Shown: piece after piece, positions 1-14,625 of the stretch
Layout: each line of letters starts with the position of its first letter
Numbering within the stretch: the first letter of the stretch is position 1
The notes under the pieces: generated by a model
The model's input: the letters and a program-made list of their open reading frames with translations, nothing else
What the model was told of the DNA's origin: nothing
Database searches by the model: none
Translations under genes and position numbers: made by a program
DNA from: Eledone cirrhosa
Lineage: Eukaryota
Direction of reading: 5' to 3'
Assembly: GCA_964016885.1 (NCBI GenBank)
Contig: OZ024755.1
Span: 28,334,001 to 28,398,000 of the forward strand
DNA length: 64,000 nucleotides

Positions 1-112
1 TATTGTCGTCTGTGGGGATAGATACATCTATTAGAAAGCATTTTTTTTTTCTTTCTGGGATTTGACTATAATATCTGGTCGGTTACTCTTGAGCTGTCTG
101 TATTGGCATATC

Positions 113-113
<1 letters not shown>
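1..113 (-). pseudogene. Fragment of R4/Dong-like non-LTR retrotransposon restriction-like endonuclease domain
   Basis: Frameshifted minus-strand translation ...RQLKSNRPDIIVK..KEKK / FLIDVSIPTDDN matches the RLE RPD...D motif; abuts (TA)n; cut by window edge. Confidence 0.7.
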
Positions 114-171
<58 letters not shown>

Positions 172-591
172 GGGAGAGAAAGAGAAAGAGAGAGAGACGA
201 ATCGAATAAGAGAGATAGCATAAGACACCTATAAGAGCTAATATCAACCCAGAGTATGGAATGACGTAAATGAAAGGATTAAATATATCTGTCCACTAAC
301 AGGAAACAACGCGAGATGCAAAAATTTGTTCATTGACGATGAGCAGTTTAGGTCTGCCTACTCAAATATTAGACTTTCGAAATAATTACCTCATCATTTA
401 AGCTGTGCTCTACGTGAGCTTGATAAAGTTGTATTAAATATGAAATATTAAAATAAAACGTGCAGTATTTAAACACAGTTAAGCCATGTTTTGGTTTTGC
501 TCCCGTTTTTTATTGATAAATACTATCTGCTCTGTGAAAAACTTTCGTTATATATATACACCAAAACTCGCTATAAGCCTTGGTGATACAA

Positions 592-625
<34 letters not shown>

Positions 626-725
626 ATTATACAGACATACATATATATACACACAGATACACACACAAACACACACACATGAATACACACATATATATAA
701 ATAAGTATAATAATATATAATATAG

Positions 726-769
<44 letters not shown>

Positions 770-838
770 ATCAAGGTTTAGCAAATAAGAAAAAGTTTCA
801 AAATAAATTTCAAAAAATTCACTGTACTCACTATGGTT

Positions 839-925
839 ACCTTTACCGAATCGGTTTCGAGTCTCAAAAATAAATGGACAGTCCTTGCGGCCTTCCATTG
901 AAAGGATAAACTCTCGTCAGAAGGT
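839..925 (-). ncRNA. Type I hammerhead ribozyme, extended stem II
   Basis: Minus strand: ACCUU-CUGACGA-GAGUUU...AGACUC-GAA-ACCG AUU CGGU-A-AAGGU; intact core, 5-bp stem I, GUA cleavage triplet. Confidence 0.85.
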
Positions 926-1117
926 TCTTTTAACTAGGAGAATATAAAATTAGTTCAAATTACGAACTGGCGCTATTCAAAATTGTTCCCGAGATGAGAA
1001 TGAATGATCGTGTAGGGTTATATACATATATATATATATATATATAGAAAAAAAGATGAAATCGAAAATGCAACTGGAGTCTTATTTTAAAAAAATATAT
1101 ATATATTTATTTGGTTC

Positions 1118-1154
1118 CTTCACCGGTTTCGCAGTTCTTCTGCTTTTCAAAAGT
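1118..1154 (-). ncRNA. Minimal hammerhead-like motif with U3-A8 core
   Basis: Minus: CUU-UUGAAAA-GCAG AAGAA CUGC-GAAA-CCGG-UG-AAG; palindromic loop III; position 17 is G, which is normally non-cleaving. Confidence 0.55.
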
Positions 1155-1205
1155 AGAGTTGAGATGGAGGGTCACAGACCCTCCATCTCAACTCTACTTT
1201 TGAAA
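1145..1205. repeat. Perfect 29-bp inverted repeat with 3-nt loop
   Basis: tttcaaaagtagagttgagatggagggtc-aca-gaccctccatctcaactctacttttgaaa. Confidence 0.95.
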
Positions 1206-1457
1206 TGTTGATTTAAAACTGCACTATTCACAAGTGTTTTTTAACCTTCATATAATGTCTCCCTATTTTATCTGACGAAAACGCAAATGTCATCGCATGA
1301 TGATATTTGTTTTTGAAATGCACATAATAAAATACATGGAACTCTTTTAACCATCTTTTGATCGTATATATTATTTATACTCCAGTCCTACAAACTGTAG
1401 AGTGCTACTTATCCGATATCTGCATTGCTTTAGTGTACTACAATAAAACTCACCTCC

Positions 1458-1460
<3 letters not shown>
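1206..1460 (+). mobile_element. Family A (TA)n-associated hammerhead element (probable Penelope-like pLTR)
   Basis: Near-identical to 7172-7586 and 49822-50226; contains hammerhead 1264-1334 and bulged hairpin 1379-1403; runs into (TA)n. Confidence 0.75.
1264..1334 (+). ncRNA. Type I hammerhead ribozyme (family A)
   Basis: UAUUUUAU-CUGACGA-stem II-GAAA-UGCACA-UA-AUAAAAUA; 8-bp stem I. Confidence 0.8.
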
Positions 1461-1496
<36 letters not shown>

Positions 1497-1585
1497 GTAT
1501 ATATGCATATATATATGTATGTATATATTGAAACAATTGTACTATGCAATAAAGTTTCATAACAAGCTGCAAATCTGACTTCCTA

Positions 1586-1707
<122 letters not shown>

Positions 1708-2084
1708 TATATGTACACACATATATATTGTTAATTTCCTCCGAACTGAATAGAGCTAATCATTCTATGATGGATGTCGTTGGATATGAAAATACGAAGA
1801 TATTACGCTATAAGCCACATATGCGTGGGACGAGTAAATATCGATTAATTTGATTGATTGAACACACTCATACAAATATGTACCTTAATAATGATATTTC
1901 TATATATATGTACATACAGAAACACTTTCATATAGAGAAAGTCAGAGAGATGCAATCTTTCGTAAGCCTATTGTTTTATTTGTCAAGTTGTATGACTATT
2001 TTTTTGTTTCAAAGAACATCATGTATAAAGATAGCTAGATGGTTTTTACATATGCGCATTATATATATATATATATACACACAC

Positions 2085-2117
<33 letters not shown>

Positions 2118-2899
2118 ACGGTGAATTGGCAGTATCGGTGGAGGGTCGGACGCCATGCTTTCCAGCATATATATATATATAGTAAAATTAATAGTGAACA
2201 GAATATCTTTTATGTAACTCTCTCACTCCAATGAATTAAGCGTTTCACCGTAACTATTGTGTTAAAATCTCAACTAACAATAGCACTTGGGAATTGTATT
2301 AGCTTGACCGGAAGTTCGTTGGAATTTCTCCGTTTTAATTAAACTTTATATTCAATTTTAAATAAAAGTCTACGCGAATACATTAGTCACGATTGGATTT
2401 TTGAAAGAACCAAGATCTGAGACTTTGCGCGGCTTTGACATGCTTTACTGGCGCTTATATAAAATGTCCTTCAACATTTCATGGCCTTGTATGGGCACCG
2501 TCTTGATACACAGCATGCCTTGAGCATTTCAAACTGTTTTGTCTATCCCTCTCTGTATTTCAGGGGATAGTTGATGTTTCTAAGGCATGAGAGGGACATA
2601 AAAATAGAGTTAGAGTAAAATTCGACTCCTGTACTAGGCTCATAAATCATGTATCGTCACCCAAATGATGAAAGGCAAATTTTATCTCGGTGGAATTCGT
2701 AATTAAAACGCAGTGAATCGATAGACATACAGAGCCATGTTTAATCCTAAATCCAAATGAGTGTCTATCTTCGACCTTACGAACAACCATTTTCAGTGAA
2801 ATATGCACTTTGTTTGAATGAGATATTACTTATTGTATAAAAAAACATTACGGAACACGCGCTAAACATATTATGTTACGGATACATTTATCAAGGCAC

Positions 2900-3556
2900 T
2901 TACTACATAACAATTGTTTCTACGTTAGGCACAAGGCCAGCAATTACCCAGGGCATTGCTGGTACTTTATTTTATTGACCCCGTAAGGATGAAAGGCCAA
3001 GTTAACCTCAGCGGGATTTGAACTCAGATCGTAAAGGCCCGTAACTCCATGCTGCAAACTATAGCGTCCGACCCTCTAACGATACTGCCAATCCACCGCC
3101 CTTACTACATAATAATGATTTCTTATATAGGCACAAGGCCAGCAATTTTGGGGGAGGGGAAGTCGATTAAATCGACCCCAGTGCGTGACTGGTACTTTAT
3201 TTTATTGACCCCGTAAGGATGAAAGGCCAAGTTAACCTCGGCGGGATTTTAACTCAGATCATAAAGCGGCGTAACTCTATGCTGCAAAGCATGGCGCCCG
3301 ACCCTCTACCGATACTGCCAACCCCCCGCCCTGACTACATAATAATTGTTTCTACTTTAGGCACAAGGCCAGCAAATACCCAGTGCATTACTGGTACTTT
3401 ATTTTATCGACCCTGTAAGGATGAAAAGTAAAGTCAACCTCGGCGGGATTTGAACTCAGATTGTAAAGGGACGTAACTATGCTGGAAAGCCCTTACTACA
3501 TATATAATTGTTTCTACGTTAGGCACAAGGCCAGCAATTACCCAGTGCATTACTGA
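2900..3556 (-). mobile_element. Tandem array of four copies of the dominant tRNA-derived SINE
   Basis: A box TGGCAGTATCGG, B box GTTCAAATCC, body GCCTTTCATCCTTACGGGGTCGATAAAATAAAGTACCAG, ATT tail; units separated by ttactacata. Confidence 0.9.
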
Positions 3557-4310
3557 TTGGTTAATCATTTCAGAAATATACAACAAAGTGGCTAATGCAA
3601 TCAGAAAATTGTACATGCTGATTTCGTAGACTCATTAAAGCGTTGTATATTTGTTCCGGGTCTCTGCGTTCTGTTTTCACACACCACAGAGTCTCACTTT
3701 CATTTCATCAATTCGGTCTCCATAAAAAAAAGTACCAGCCGGCGTAGATGTAACTTTCTTTTCATCTAATTTTCATATATTCGATGTTAAACTGGATCAA
3801 TGAAGGAGCATCCATATATTCCAGTCATATATCTAACCTTATTTTACACACAGAAAATTGTAACCGTTCGTATCTTTTTCATATCTGCATTTATACAGAT
3901 AACTCCACATATATGCCCATGACGGATATACTCCCTTGTATAATTTATTCTCAAATTTGGAAGACTAATTGGAATCATTTATATTTCAAAGCGGACGTAG
4001 GGCGTTAATTAATACCACCATTACATCGTTAATTAATTATTGAAACATTTATTCAATGTAAGCTAACTATCATTCGGTATAGTATTGATTAACATTTAAC
4101 TGTTTTGATTTGCTTCAATCCATTCAGCTGGCAAAAATAAATTATAATTAGTATAAAAGAGGCCTACCTCGTCGCGAGATATGTAACACTAAATATCCCT
4201 GAGAATTAGGTTAATGTACAGGTCTCTGTTGAATGCTCAGCCACCTGCACGTTAATTTTACGAACAGATTATTCGCGTTTTTATATATGGATGTGCTTAT
4301 GTTCATGAAC

Positions 4311-4347
<37 letters not shown>

Positions 4348-4389
4348 GTGTGCGTGTGGATGTATACTCATACACACACACACACACAT

Positions 4390-4426
<37 letters not shown>

Positions 4427-4631
4427 CAGAGAGAGAGAGAGTCGAAGAAAACGACAAACAGAGGTACAAAATGTCATATTAGTTTCAAGCTTTATATGGA
4501 CAAAGGGGAAAGAAAGTTCGACTTACTTTTTGATTCCAGAGTCGGACCAGATCGATACAGATCGAACATTGATCAATAGCGAAACGCGCGTCAATACTCA
4601 ATAGACGTAATGAAGACATAACAAATCGTCC

Positions 4632-4633
<2 letters not shown>

Positions 4634-4662
<29 letters not shown>

Positions 4663-5156
4663 GTTATTCCTTGAATCTCAGTCATTGATGTTGGTTAACT
4701 GGAAAGTCCGTTGGATTGAATATCAAGCCACTACCTGCAGCCTCAGATATTCAGGACGTATCGGAGGGTTCTTGCCGTTCCAAGCAAGCATGCCTTTTGA
4801 AGCGTTCCAAAAAGCGTGAAGGGGCCGATTTTCTTTAACCATCCCTGGAAACCTTTGGAGATAGTCCCCAGTGCGCCTATGACAATCGGGATCACTTTGA
4901 CTTCATGGCAGTTCCAAATCCTTTTCACCTCCTACTTTAGGTCCTGGTATCGGTTAATTTTCTCCCTCTCCTTCTCTTGCACTCTCGTGTCGAACGGGCA
5001 GGCCACATCCACAATCAGGCACGATCTTTTTTCTTTGTCCACAACCACCAGGTCAGGTCTATTGTGTTCCAGTTTTTTGTCCGTCTGTATCCTAAAATCC
5101 CACAGCACCTTCACCTGACTGTTCTCCATCACCGCCTCTGGCCTATGCTCATACCA
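4634..5156 (-). mobile_element. 5'-truncated R4/Dong-like LINE (RLE domain plus 3' UTR) inside (TAA)n
   Basis: WDFRIQTDKKLEHNRPDLVV..IVDVACP..EKINRYQDL*..VIPIVIGALG..LQKACLLGTARTLR; one in-frame stop; (TTA)n on both sides. Confidence 0.9.
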
Positions 5157-5207
<51 letters not shown>

Positions 5208-5403
5208 CACAATCTGCTAAGCACTACATCTCTATACTCACTGGAAACTATGCATTGAGTACTCACTCTTGTGAGCCTAGAGTAACTGGACGCTACAATC
5301 CCTGGCAACATGAAGGGACGTGTTATTTTTCTCTAAAAACATTTTTTTTCCGATTCTGCTCCGTCCGTCCCGTCCGTCTCTTCAAACTTTCTAATATCTC
5401 ATT

Positions 5404-5443
5404 CTGTCTTCTGATGGAGGACTAGCGTCCGAAACGTTAATAG
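5404..5443 (+). ncRNA. Degenerate minimal hammerhead
   Basis: CUGAUGGA-GGAC UAGC GUCC-GAAA-CGU-UA; stem II clean, stem I weak, extra nucleotide in core. Confidence 0.5.
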
Positions 5444-5531
5444 TTAATACCCTCTTCTTTGTATTTCAAGCATTAAGCTATATATACATACGTACATACA
5501 TATATATATATATATTTCTAAATATATATAT

Positions 5532-5651
5532 GTCAAGTATTTCCGAAGAAAAAGCAAAGGAAAAAAGAGTGCTCTATGTATAGAACAGAGCTATTTAATT
5601 AGAAAGTGAACAACACAATATACAACAGTTATATATTGTGCTGTTCACTTG

Positions 5652-5655
<4 letters not shown>
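5532..5655 (-). mobile_element. Family F 3' fragment
   Basis: Reverse-complement similarity to 50890-50970; bulged hairpin 5571-5591; flanked by (TA)n. Confidence 0.6.
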
Positions 5656-6134
<479 letters not shown>

Positions 6135-6566
6135 TGTGCGTGTGATGTGTGAATGGGTTTTGTGCAATCTTGCTAGATAGGGTCTACGAACACTTATGGT
6201 TATTTCTCTGCGTGGGTGTATATGCTTTGCTTTTAGTTTCTATGTTTCTGCCTGTCTGTGATTATTTGACTTCACGTATGCAGGGACGTTTATATTCCTC
6301 TTTGTTAAGTTTCTTTCATGCTATATCTGTGGGAAAAAGATGTTGTTGCATTCACAATTTTTCTAGCGGAGGCCTTGTTGGCATTTTTCTTTTTATTATA
6401 AAAAAATGTCTGTCCGATTTGACTGTGAATTGTAAAAGAAATGAGCAAAGATACTGTCTGCTCTCTGAGAATTTCTTGCTTAAGTCTGGATCATCAAAAT
6501 ACACAATTTTCTTTACATTTTCTGTCATTAATAGACTCAGGCAGATATAAAATGTACTGTCAAATT

Positions 6567-6599
<33 letters not shown>

Positions 6600-6616
6600 T
6601 TACATACAGATATCTA

Positions 6617-6687
<71 letters not shown>

Positions 6688-6713
6688 ATCTATCTATCTA
6701 TCTATCTATCTAC

Positions 6714-6746
<33 letters not shown>

Positions 6747-6747
<1 letters not shown>

Positions 6748-7050
6748 GAAAGGTGGGTGAAAGTGGCGAGAATGGCCCGAGTGAATGGGCCTTCTCTCTA
6801 TATCAGCCTGTAGGTTGAAGAAAAGGAGGAGGAGAGGAAAGGAGTACAAACTCTTCGTACTCCTGGAGATGAGGGTTGCACATTTTTTCGGGGGTATGTG
6901 TTACCCATATAAACTGTCTCCCCCTATTGGGGAAAATCGACTAACTTTTTAAATTGCATTTGTGATAACATTTTACACGTTTTTATTGTATGTAAACTTC
7001 CCCCTTTGTATTTGTCCCGTCTTTTGTGCCCCTGTGGCTAATAAAGAAAC
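6747..7050 (+). mobile_element. 3' end of Tx1/L1-like LINE inside (TATC)n
   Basis: Short ORF end RWVKVARMARVNGPSLYISL*, T-rich 3' UTR, AATAAA, then (TATC)n; (TATC)n also upstream. Confidence 0.55.
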
Positions 7051-7097
7051 ATATCTATCTATCTATCTATCTATAAATATCTATATATATATCTATA

Positions 7098-7171
<74 letters not shown>

Positions 7172-7175
<4 letters not shown>

Positions 7176-7576
7176 GGAGGTGAGTTTTATTGTAGTACAA
7201 TAAAGCAATGCAGATATCGGATAAGAAGCACTCTACGGTTTGTAGGACTGGAGTATACATAATATATAAGAACAAAAGATGGTTAAAGGAGTTCCATGTA
7301 TTTTATTATGCGCATTTCAAAAACAAACATCATCATGCAATAATATTTGTGTTTTCATCAGATAAAACAGGAGGACATGATATGAAGGCTAAAAAACACT
7401 TGTGGATAGTGCAGTTATGTTGATTTAAAACTGCACTATCCACAAGTGTTTTTTAGCCTTCATATCATGTCCTCCTGTTTTATCTGATGAAAACACAAAT
7501 ATTATTGCATGATGATGTTTGTTTTTGAAATGCGCATAATAAAATACATGGAACTCCTTTAACCATCTTTTGTTCT

Positions 7577-7586
<10 letters not shown>
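7172..7586. mobile_element. Family A inverted pair with two hammerheads (7299-7369 minus, 7476-7546 plus)
   Basis: About 155-bp inverted arms around a 12-nt spacer; each arm has UGUUUUAU-CUGAUGA...GAAA-UGCGCA-UA-AUAAAAUA; (TA)n both sides. Confidence 0.85.
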
Positions 7587-7641
<55 letters not shown>

Positions 7642-8235
7642 CACACACACATATATATACACATACAGATATCTATATACATATGTGAATGCGTGGGAGT
7701 CGTTACAATTCCCTATCGTTCATTCACAACGTTCAATGGTACTTTTCGTTATTACACTCTCCTCATATGTATAATGTTAACGAGTTCCAACTCTCACCAC
7801 CGCCTCTCTCTCCTTCTACACTTTCCTTCTTCCAATGGCTCTCACCTCTGGCTATCTCCTCTAACTACTCTCTCTGCTTCCTTCTTCCAATGGCTCTCAC
7901 CTCCGGCTGCCCCCCCCCCCCCCCTTCTACTGAATCTGGGTCTTTCTCTGGTTCCTTCTTTTGCTACAGAGATGGTGGGGGTGATGACGTTGAAGCCTCT
8001 TTGTTGTTTTACTCGGTAACAATGGACTGATAATGCTATCTACTCTACATTCTTTCATATGAATACATATCTACCATTCCTATTTGCTTCCTCATTCTGT
8101 ATCTTTTTGTTGATTTTTTTTTTTTTTTTGGTTCCTCCGTTTTACATGTTTCTGTTTGTTTGTTTTTTGTTTGTTTGTTTCTTTCTTTCTTTATATACGT
8201 GATGATTAATTGTTTACAGTCTCTTTTGTATTGAT

Positions 8236-9486
<1,251 letters not shown>

Positions 9487-10899
9487 AATACGCAAAAATA
9501 TGGTTGCATATGCGTGGTATGTATTCAAATAATTGGATATGTTGATATATATAGATATATCGATAGCGAGATATGTATATAGACGAGAGCGAGAAGTCAC
9601 TTATGTACTTATGGAAGGGTGTATGTACAGAGTGTGTATGGGTAGAGATTTTGTATTTGGGTGTGGACTGATATCTGTAAACAAGTTTTTATGAAGTGAT
9701 ATGAGTTTTCTCCGCAACTCACGCACACATTCCCTCTGTCTTTTTATATATATGTAACTGTCTCTTCCTATATCTATCTCTGTATCTCCATGTGTGCTTG
9801 GAACTATATAAGGCTCCATATAAATGCGCTCATCATATTTTGCATTCATATTGTTTTATATCCTTTACATACGAACGTACATACATACATCTCTGTACAT
9901 ATCATAGACACGCATATGAGTGCCTGTGTGTGTAAGGGAAGGAGTAAGAAGGGTGGGTAAGAGAGAATCTGCTTGGATGTATGAGCACTTATTCATATAG
10001 TAACAATTTCTGAACGCTTGTATATGTGCCTGTGTCCGAACATGCGTGTCTCGCTGTATGAAGTACATTATCCAATTCTGAAGAAAGCACACACTTTCAC
10101 TCACATATACATTAACAAACTAACGCACACACATAAGCCCACAATTATTTTAAAACAAAGGTATTATGCCTGTCTATTTATCTATCTCAAATTCATACAA
10201 ACACAAAAATGAAACATAAGGTCATACCACCAACCTACCCTAAACAGACCTTTATTTATCCACCTGTTTACATACAGCTACATCTATTTGGCACTTTTCT
10301 TAAACACATATCTATTCCTATTCAATAGAATCTCCCATATTTGATATATCGTAAACAGCACACAGAAAAATATATATGGAATCTCTATCAACAGAATCGC
10401 AAACAAGCAAGAAAATTTCGCTCTCGTAAACATCCATAAACATTTGAAAATCTTAGTGAAATTCTACTTGATTTCACTGTAATATTTTCCAACTGTATTA
10501 GTTAATGTAGTCCTAGATGCATTAAATGACTTTGGAATATGTAATCATGAATACACTATGTCTGGAAAATATATTGGATTGTGATGTCTCCAGTGTTTTT
10601 TTTAAATTTTATTTTACCTAAATCAAGATTAAACTGGTGATAATAGAAAGATTCATGTCGCATTCACTGGGTCATAACTTATACTCGGCATCACAAGGCT
10701 GATTCATTTGATATGTGATGGCTCATTGGTCCCTTGGATTGCTAAAATTAGATAAAAGTCAAATTTCCTTAAAGTTGTCTACTGTCTTGAAATAAGAATA
10801 TCGAAGTGGAAAATATAGTCCTGAATATGTTTTAACAACAAAAAATCCTAAACAAATCTATATCAAATTACAACACTTCAGATATTTAAAAACGAAAAT

Positions 10900-11205
10900 G
10901 AAGGGTAGGGCAAAGAATCTAGGGTCGCAGAAAAATGGGAGGGGGAAGAGGGAGAGTGATGGTCTCTATTCCTTAGGGCGCGGCGGTACTGGGCTGTGCC
11001 CAGCAGAAAAGACCGCAAAAGCATTTTCATCGACAATGACAAGCGACACCCGCTGCAACAGCCACCTGCTCTCGCGGGCCTCCTTCCTCAGACGGCCTGC
11101 TGACGTTCCGATCTTTCTGAGGAGCTCGGCTATACGGAATCCAAGTACGCCTGAGGTCTCCACGGCGACCGATTTGAAGAGGTCGCGGCCGGACAATCCC
11201 CGGTG
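10900..11205 (-). mobile_element. 3' fragment of CRE/NeSL-like LINE endonuclease domain
   Basis: LFKSVAVETSGVLG..LLRKIG..EARESRWLLQRVSLVIVDENAFAV resembles the CRE-type AVET.G..G...L.QR.S..I..GNA tail; GC-rich island. Confidence 0.75.
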
Positions 11206-11553
11206 TTTTTTTTTTATCTTTCTGTAACACTAGAATCCGTGCCTTTCACTCCGTTTTCATAACTACAAAAGACCGTTCATTTCTATCAGAGATTTAGACG
11301 TTAGATACGTTCCATATATTTCTATTTTCTCTTCTTCATTATTTGCACTTGACAAGCCTATATATACGAATAATTTAACATATTTATGTAATGTTTGGTA
11401 AAATAACGTAGGCGAGTAACAGAAATATATTTGTCGCATAGAAACTATATTTAAACCTTATTATTTTCGTTATAAAATTAACACAGTGTCCTTCACCAAG
11501 CTCATGGGTTTCGACATTCCTATTTATATACCTATACACATACCCCCCCCCCC

Positions 11554-11646
<93 letters not shown>

Positions 11647-11708
11647 ATATATAAGAGTATTGTGAGGAAAGTCTTGCTACGAATAAAACCACACGCTTCG
11701 TTTGAGTT

Positions 11709-11939
11709 TTACTTTAGTTTTTTTTTTAAGATTATTATTCGGGTGTATAAATCTTTCATCGGTTGGTTAAGTAAATTGTAAGAGTATTGTTTCATTGTCG
11801 TATCTTTATAGTCACACATTCTATGACCTTCTTTAATGAGTAATTTAGACCTACGTGTTACCACGTCATTTAGATGTTCTTTCAGTTTACCCCAGCTTGT
11901 CTTTCTGTGGTATGTGTCTGGTATTTGAGGCACACGCAC
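11709..11939 (-). pseudogene. Possible decayed GIY-YIG endonuclease fragment of a Penelope-like element
   Basis: TYHRKTSWGKLKEHLNDVV..RSKLL..GHRMCD loosely resembles YIGxT..RLKEH...S.L..H..GH..D; lies between (TA)n and (TG)n. Confidence 0.3.
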
Positions 11940-11950
11940 ACCTGTGCGTG

Positions 11951-12013
<63 letters not shown>

Positions 12014-12069
12014 GTGTGTGTGTGTGAGTGTGTGTGCATATGTGATTTCTATATTGCTACTCCCGCAGA

Positions 12070-12105
<36 letters not shown>

Positions 12106-12410
12106 ATGCACGCGTCTTAGTGTGCCTTTGCGATTGCTCACGTGATCACGTGTGTGTATGTGTGCGGATGTATTCTTGTTTCTCTGTATGTTCTTAGCCA
12201 CACAAGTTTCTCTGCGTGATTACGTTTAGCTGTAAACGTGGTATATTGATCTGTATAATACTAAAACTCTTTGATTGCTTCCTTGCTCACACACAGACAC
12301 ACAGACAGAAACAAAAACGAAGAAAAGAAAGTACAATGATGAAATGTATTAGTTTAATGCTTGATATATATATATGTTTTTCTAGTCCAGCAGTCGCAAG
12401 CGATGGGAGG

Positions 12411-12456
12411 GACCGTCCTGACGAAGGCCAGTTAAGCCTGAAATGCATAGATGGTT
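12411..12456 (+). ncRNA. Minimal type I hammerhead ribozyme
   Basis: GACCGUC-CUGACGA-AGGC CAGUUAA GCCU-GAAA-UGCA-UA-GAUGGUU; intact core and palindromic tetraloop III. Confidence 0.88.
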
Positions 12457-12624
12457 GTCCGCCTTGCTTCTGCTGGACATCACCAGAGGGCGTTAGCCCC
12501 CCGGTGTTTGCATAGCTACGGCTTTCTAAAACCGTATTTCCTTGGAGATATGAAATATTTATACATATTATATAAGGCTATGCTTGAAGCGAAATCCTAT
12601 TTGTTTTTTATATAATTAACGTGT

Positions 12625-12829
12625 AAGAACTGGATGAGCTTTCCACAGACACGTGTAGATTTTACGTAGTTATCAGTGTGATTCACCGTGACAGAATTCA
12701 GGTACAACTCGTTTTTATCAGCTGGGTAGAATGGAACAACGTGAACAGAGTGTCATACTCAAGGATATAAAGTGCCTCCGGTCATTGAGCTCGTGGGGCG
12801 ACCTCCCTAACCACTAAGCTACGTGCCTT
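12625..12829 (-). mobile_element. Degenerate tRNA-derived CORE-type SINE
   Basis: Minus starts AGGCACGTAGCTTAGTGGTTAG, contains TCCTTGAGTATGACACT; similar to 17050-17392. Confidence 0.6.
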
Positions 12830-13159
12830 AACACACACACACACATATATATACATACACACATTCATCCACATAAACCTAGACACATACACACACACAC
12901 ACCCACATTTATATATTGACATGAATATTAATACTTATCTATTTAATATACATAAAACACCTAACCCACATACCTATCTACATGATATATAAACCTAAAT
13001 AGTTACATATATTCACCTATATCCTTTATTAATATAATATTCAGAGCATTTTCCTTCACTTCGCCTTCGCACCTCACTTGATTTATTTCTCCCACAAATA
13101 TTACGTCTCAAAAATCTTCGAGGTATTTCGTAACTTCTGGCGCGAGAGAGACAGAAAAA

Positions 13160-13182
13160 AAGGAAACGGTGTTTCTATATTG

Positions 13183-13228
<46 letters not shown>

Positions 13229-13364
13229 ACTGTGTTTGTATATTGGAGAGAGAAAACGGTGTTTGTATATTGGAGAGAGATAGGGAGAGAGAGAAAGAGA
13301 GAGAGGGAGAACGGTGTTTGTATATTAGAGAGAGAAAAGAAAACCGTGTTTGTATATTGGAGAA

Positions 13365-13436
<72 letters not shown>

Positions 13437-13558
13437 CGGTGTTCGTATATTGGAGAGAGAGAGAAAACGGTGTTTGTATATTGGAGAGAGAGAGAGAGAA
13501 AATGTTGTTTGTATATTGGAGAGAGAGAGAGAGAAAACGTTGTTTGTATATTGGAGAG

Positions 13559-13620
<62 letters not shown>

Positions 13621-13641
13621 CGTTGTTTGTATATTGGAGAA

Positions 13642-13707
<66 letters not shown>

Positions 13708-13864
13708 CGGTGTTCGTATATTGGAGAGAGAGAGAAAACGGTGTTTGTATATTGGAGAGAGAGAGAGAGAAAACGTTGTTTGTATATTGGAGAGAGCGAG
13801 AGAGAAAACGGTGTTCGTATATTGGAGAGAGAGAGAGAGAAAACGTTGTTTGTATATTGGAGAG

Positions 13865-13926
<62 letters not shown>

Positions 13927-13947
13927 CGTTGTTTGTATATTGGAGAA

Positions 13948-14023
<76 letters not shown>

Positions 14024-14390
14024 CGGTGTTCGTATATTGGAGAGAGAGAGAAAACGGTGTTTGTATATTGGAGAGAGAGAGAGAGAAAACGTTGTTTGTA
14101 TATTGGAGAGAGCGAGAGAGAAAACGGTGTTCGTATATTGGAGAGAGAGAGAGAGAAAACGTTGTTTGTATATTGGAGAGAGAGAGAGAGAAAACGGTGT
14201 TCGTATATTGGAGAGAGAGAGAGAGAAAACGTTGTTTGTATATTGGAGAGAGAGAGAGAGAAAACGGTGTTCGTATATTGGAGAGAGAGAGAGAGAAAAC
14301 GTTGTTTGTATATTGGAGAGAGAGAGAGAGAAAACGGTGTTCGTATATTGGAGAGAGAGAGAGAGAAAACGTTGTTTGTATATTGGAGAG

Positions 14391-14456
<66 letters not shown>

Positions 14457-14567
14457 CGGTGTTTGTATATTGGAGAGAGCGAGAGAGAGAGAGAGAAAAC
14501 GGTGTTTGTATATTGGAGAGAGCGAGAGAGAGAGAGAGAAAACGGTGTTTGTATATTGGAGAGAGCG

Positions 14568-14615
<48 letters not shown>

Positions 14616-14625
14616 CAGTAGAGAG
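13160..14625. repeat. Minisatellite of a 20-nt core alternating with variable (GA)n
   Basis: AAACG(G/T)TGTT(T/C)GTATATTGG repeated about 30 times; explains the ER- and LS-rich ORFs. Confidence 0.95.

Noticed and set aside
407-419. Minimal GCUC-ACG-UA-GAGC on minus
   Set aside because: No inner stem and no clear upstream hammerhead; not counted as a motif instance
13160-14625. CRISPR-like repeat-spacer look
   Set aside because: Eukaryotic context, spacers are only (GA)n, no cas genes
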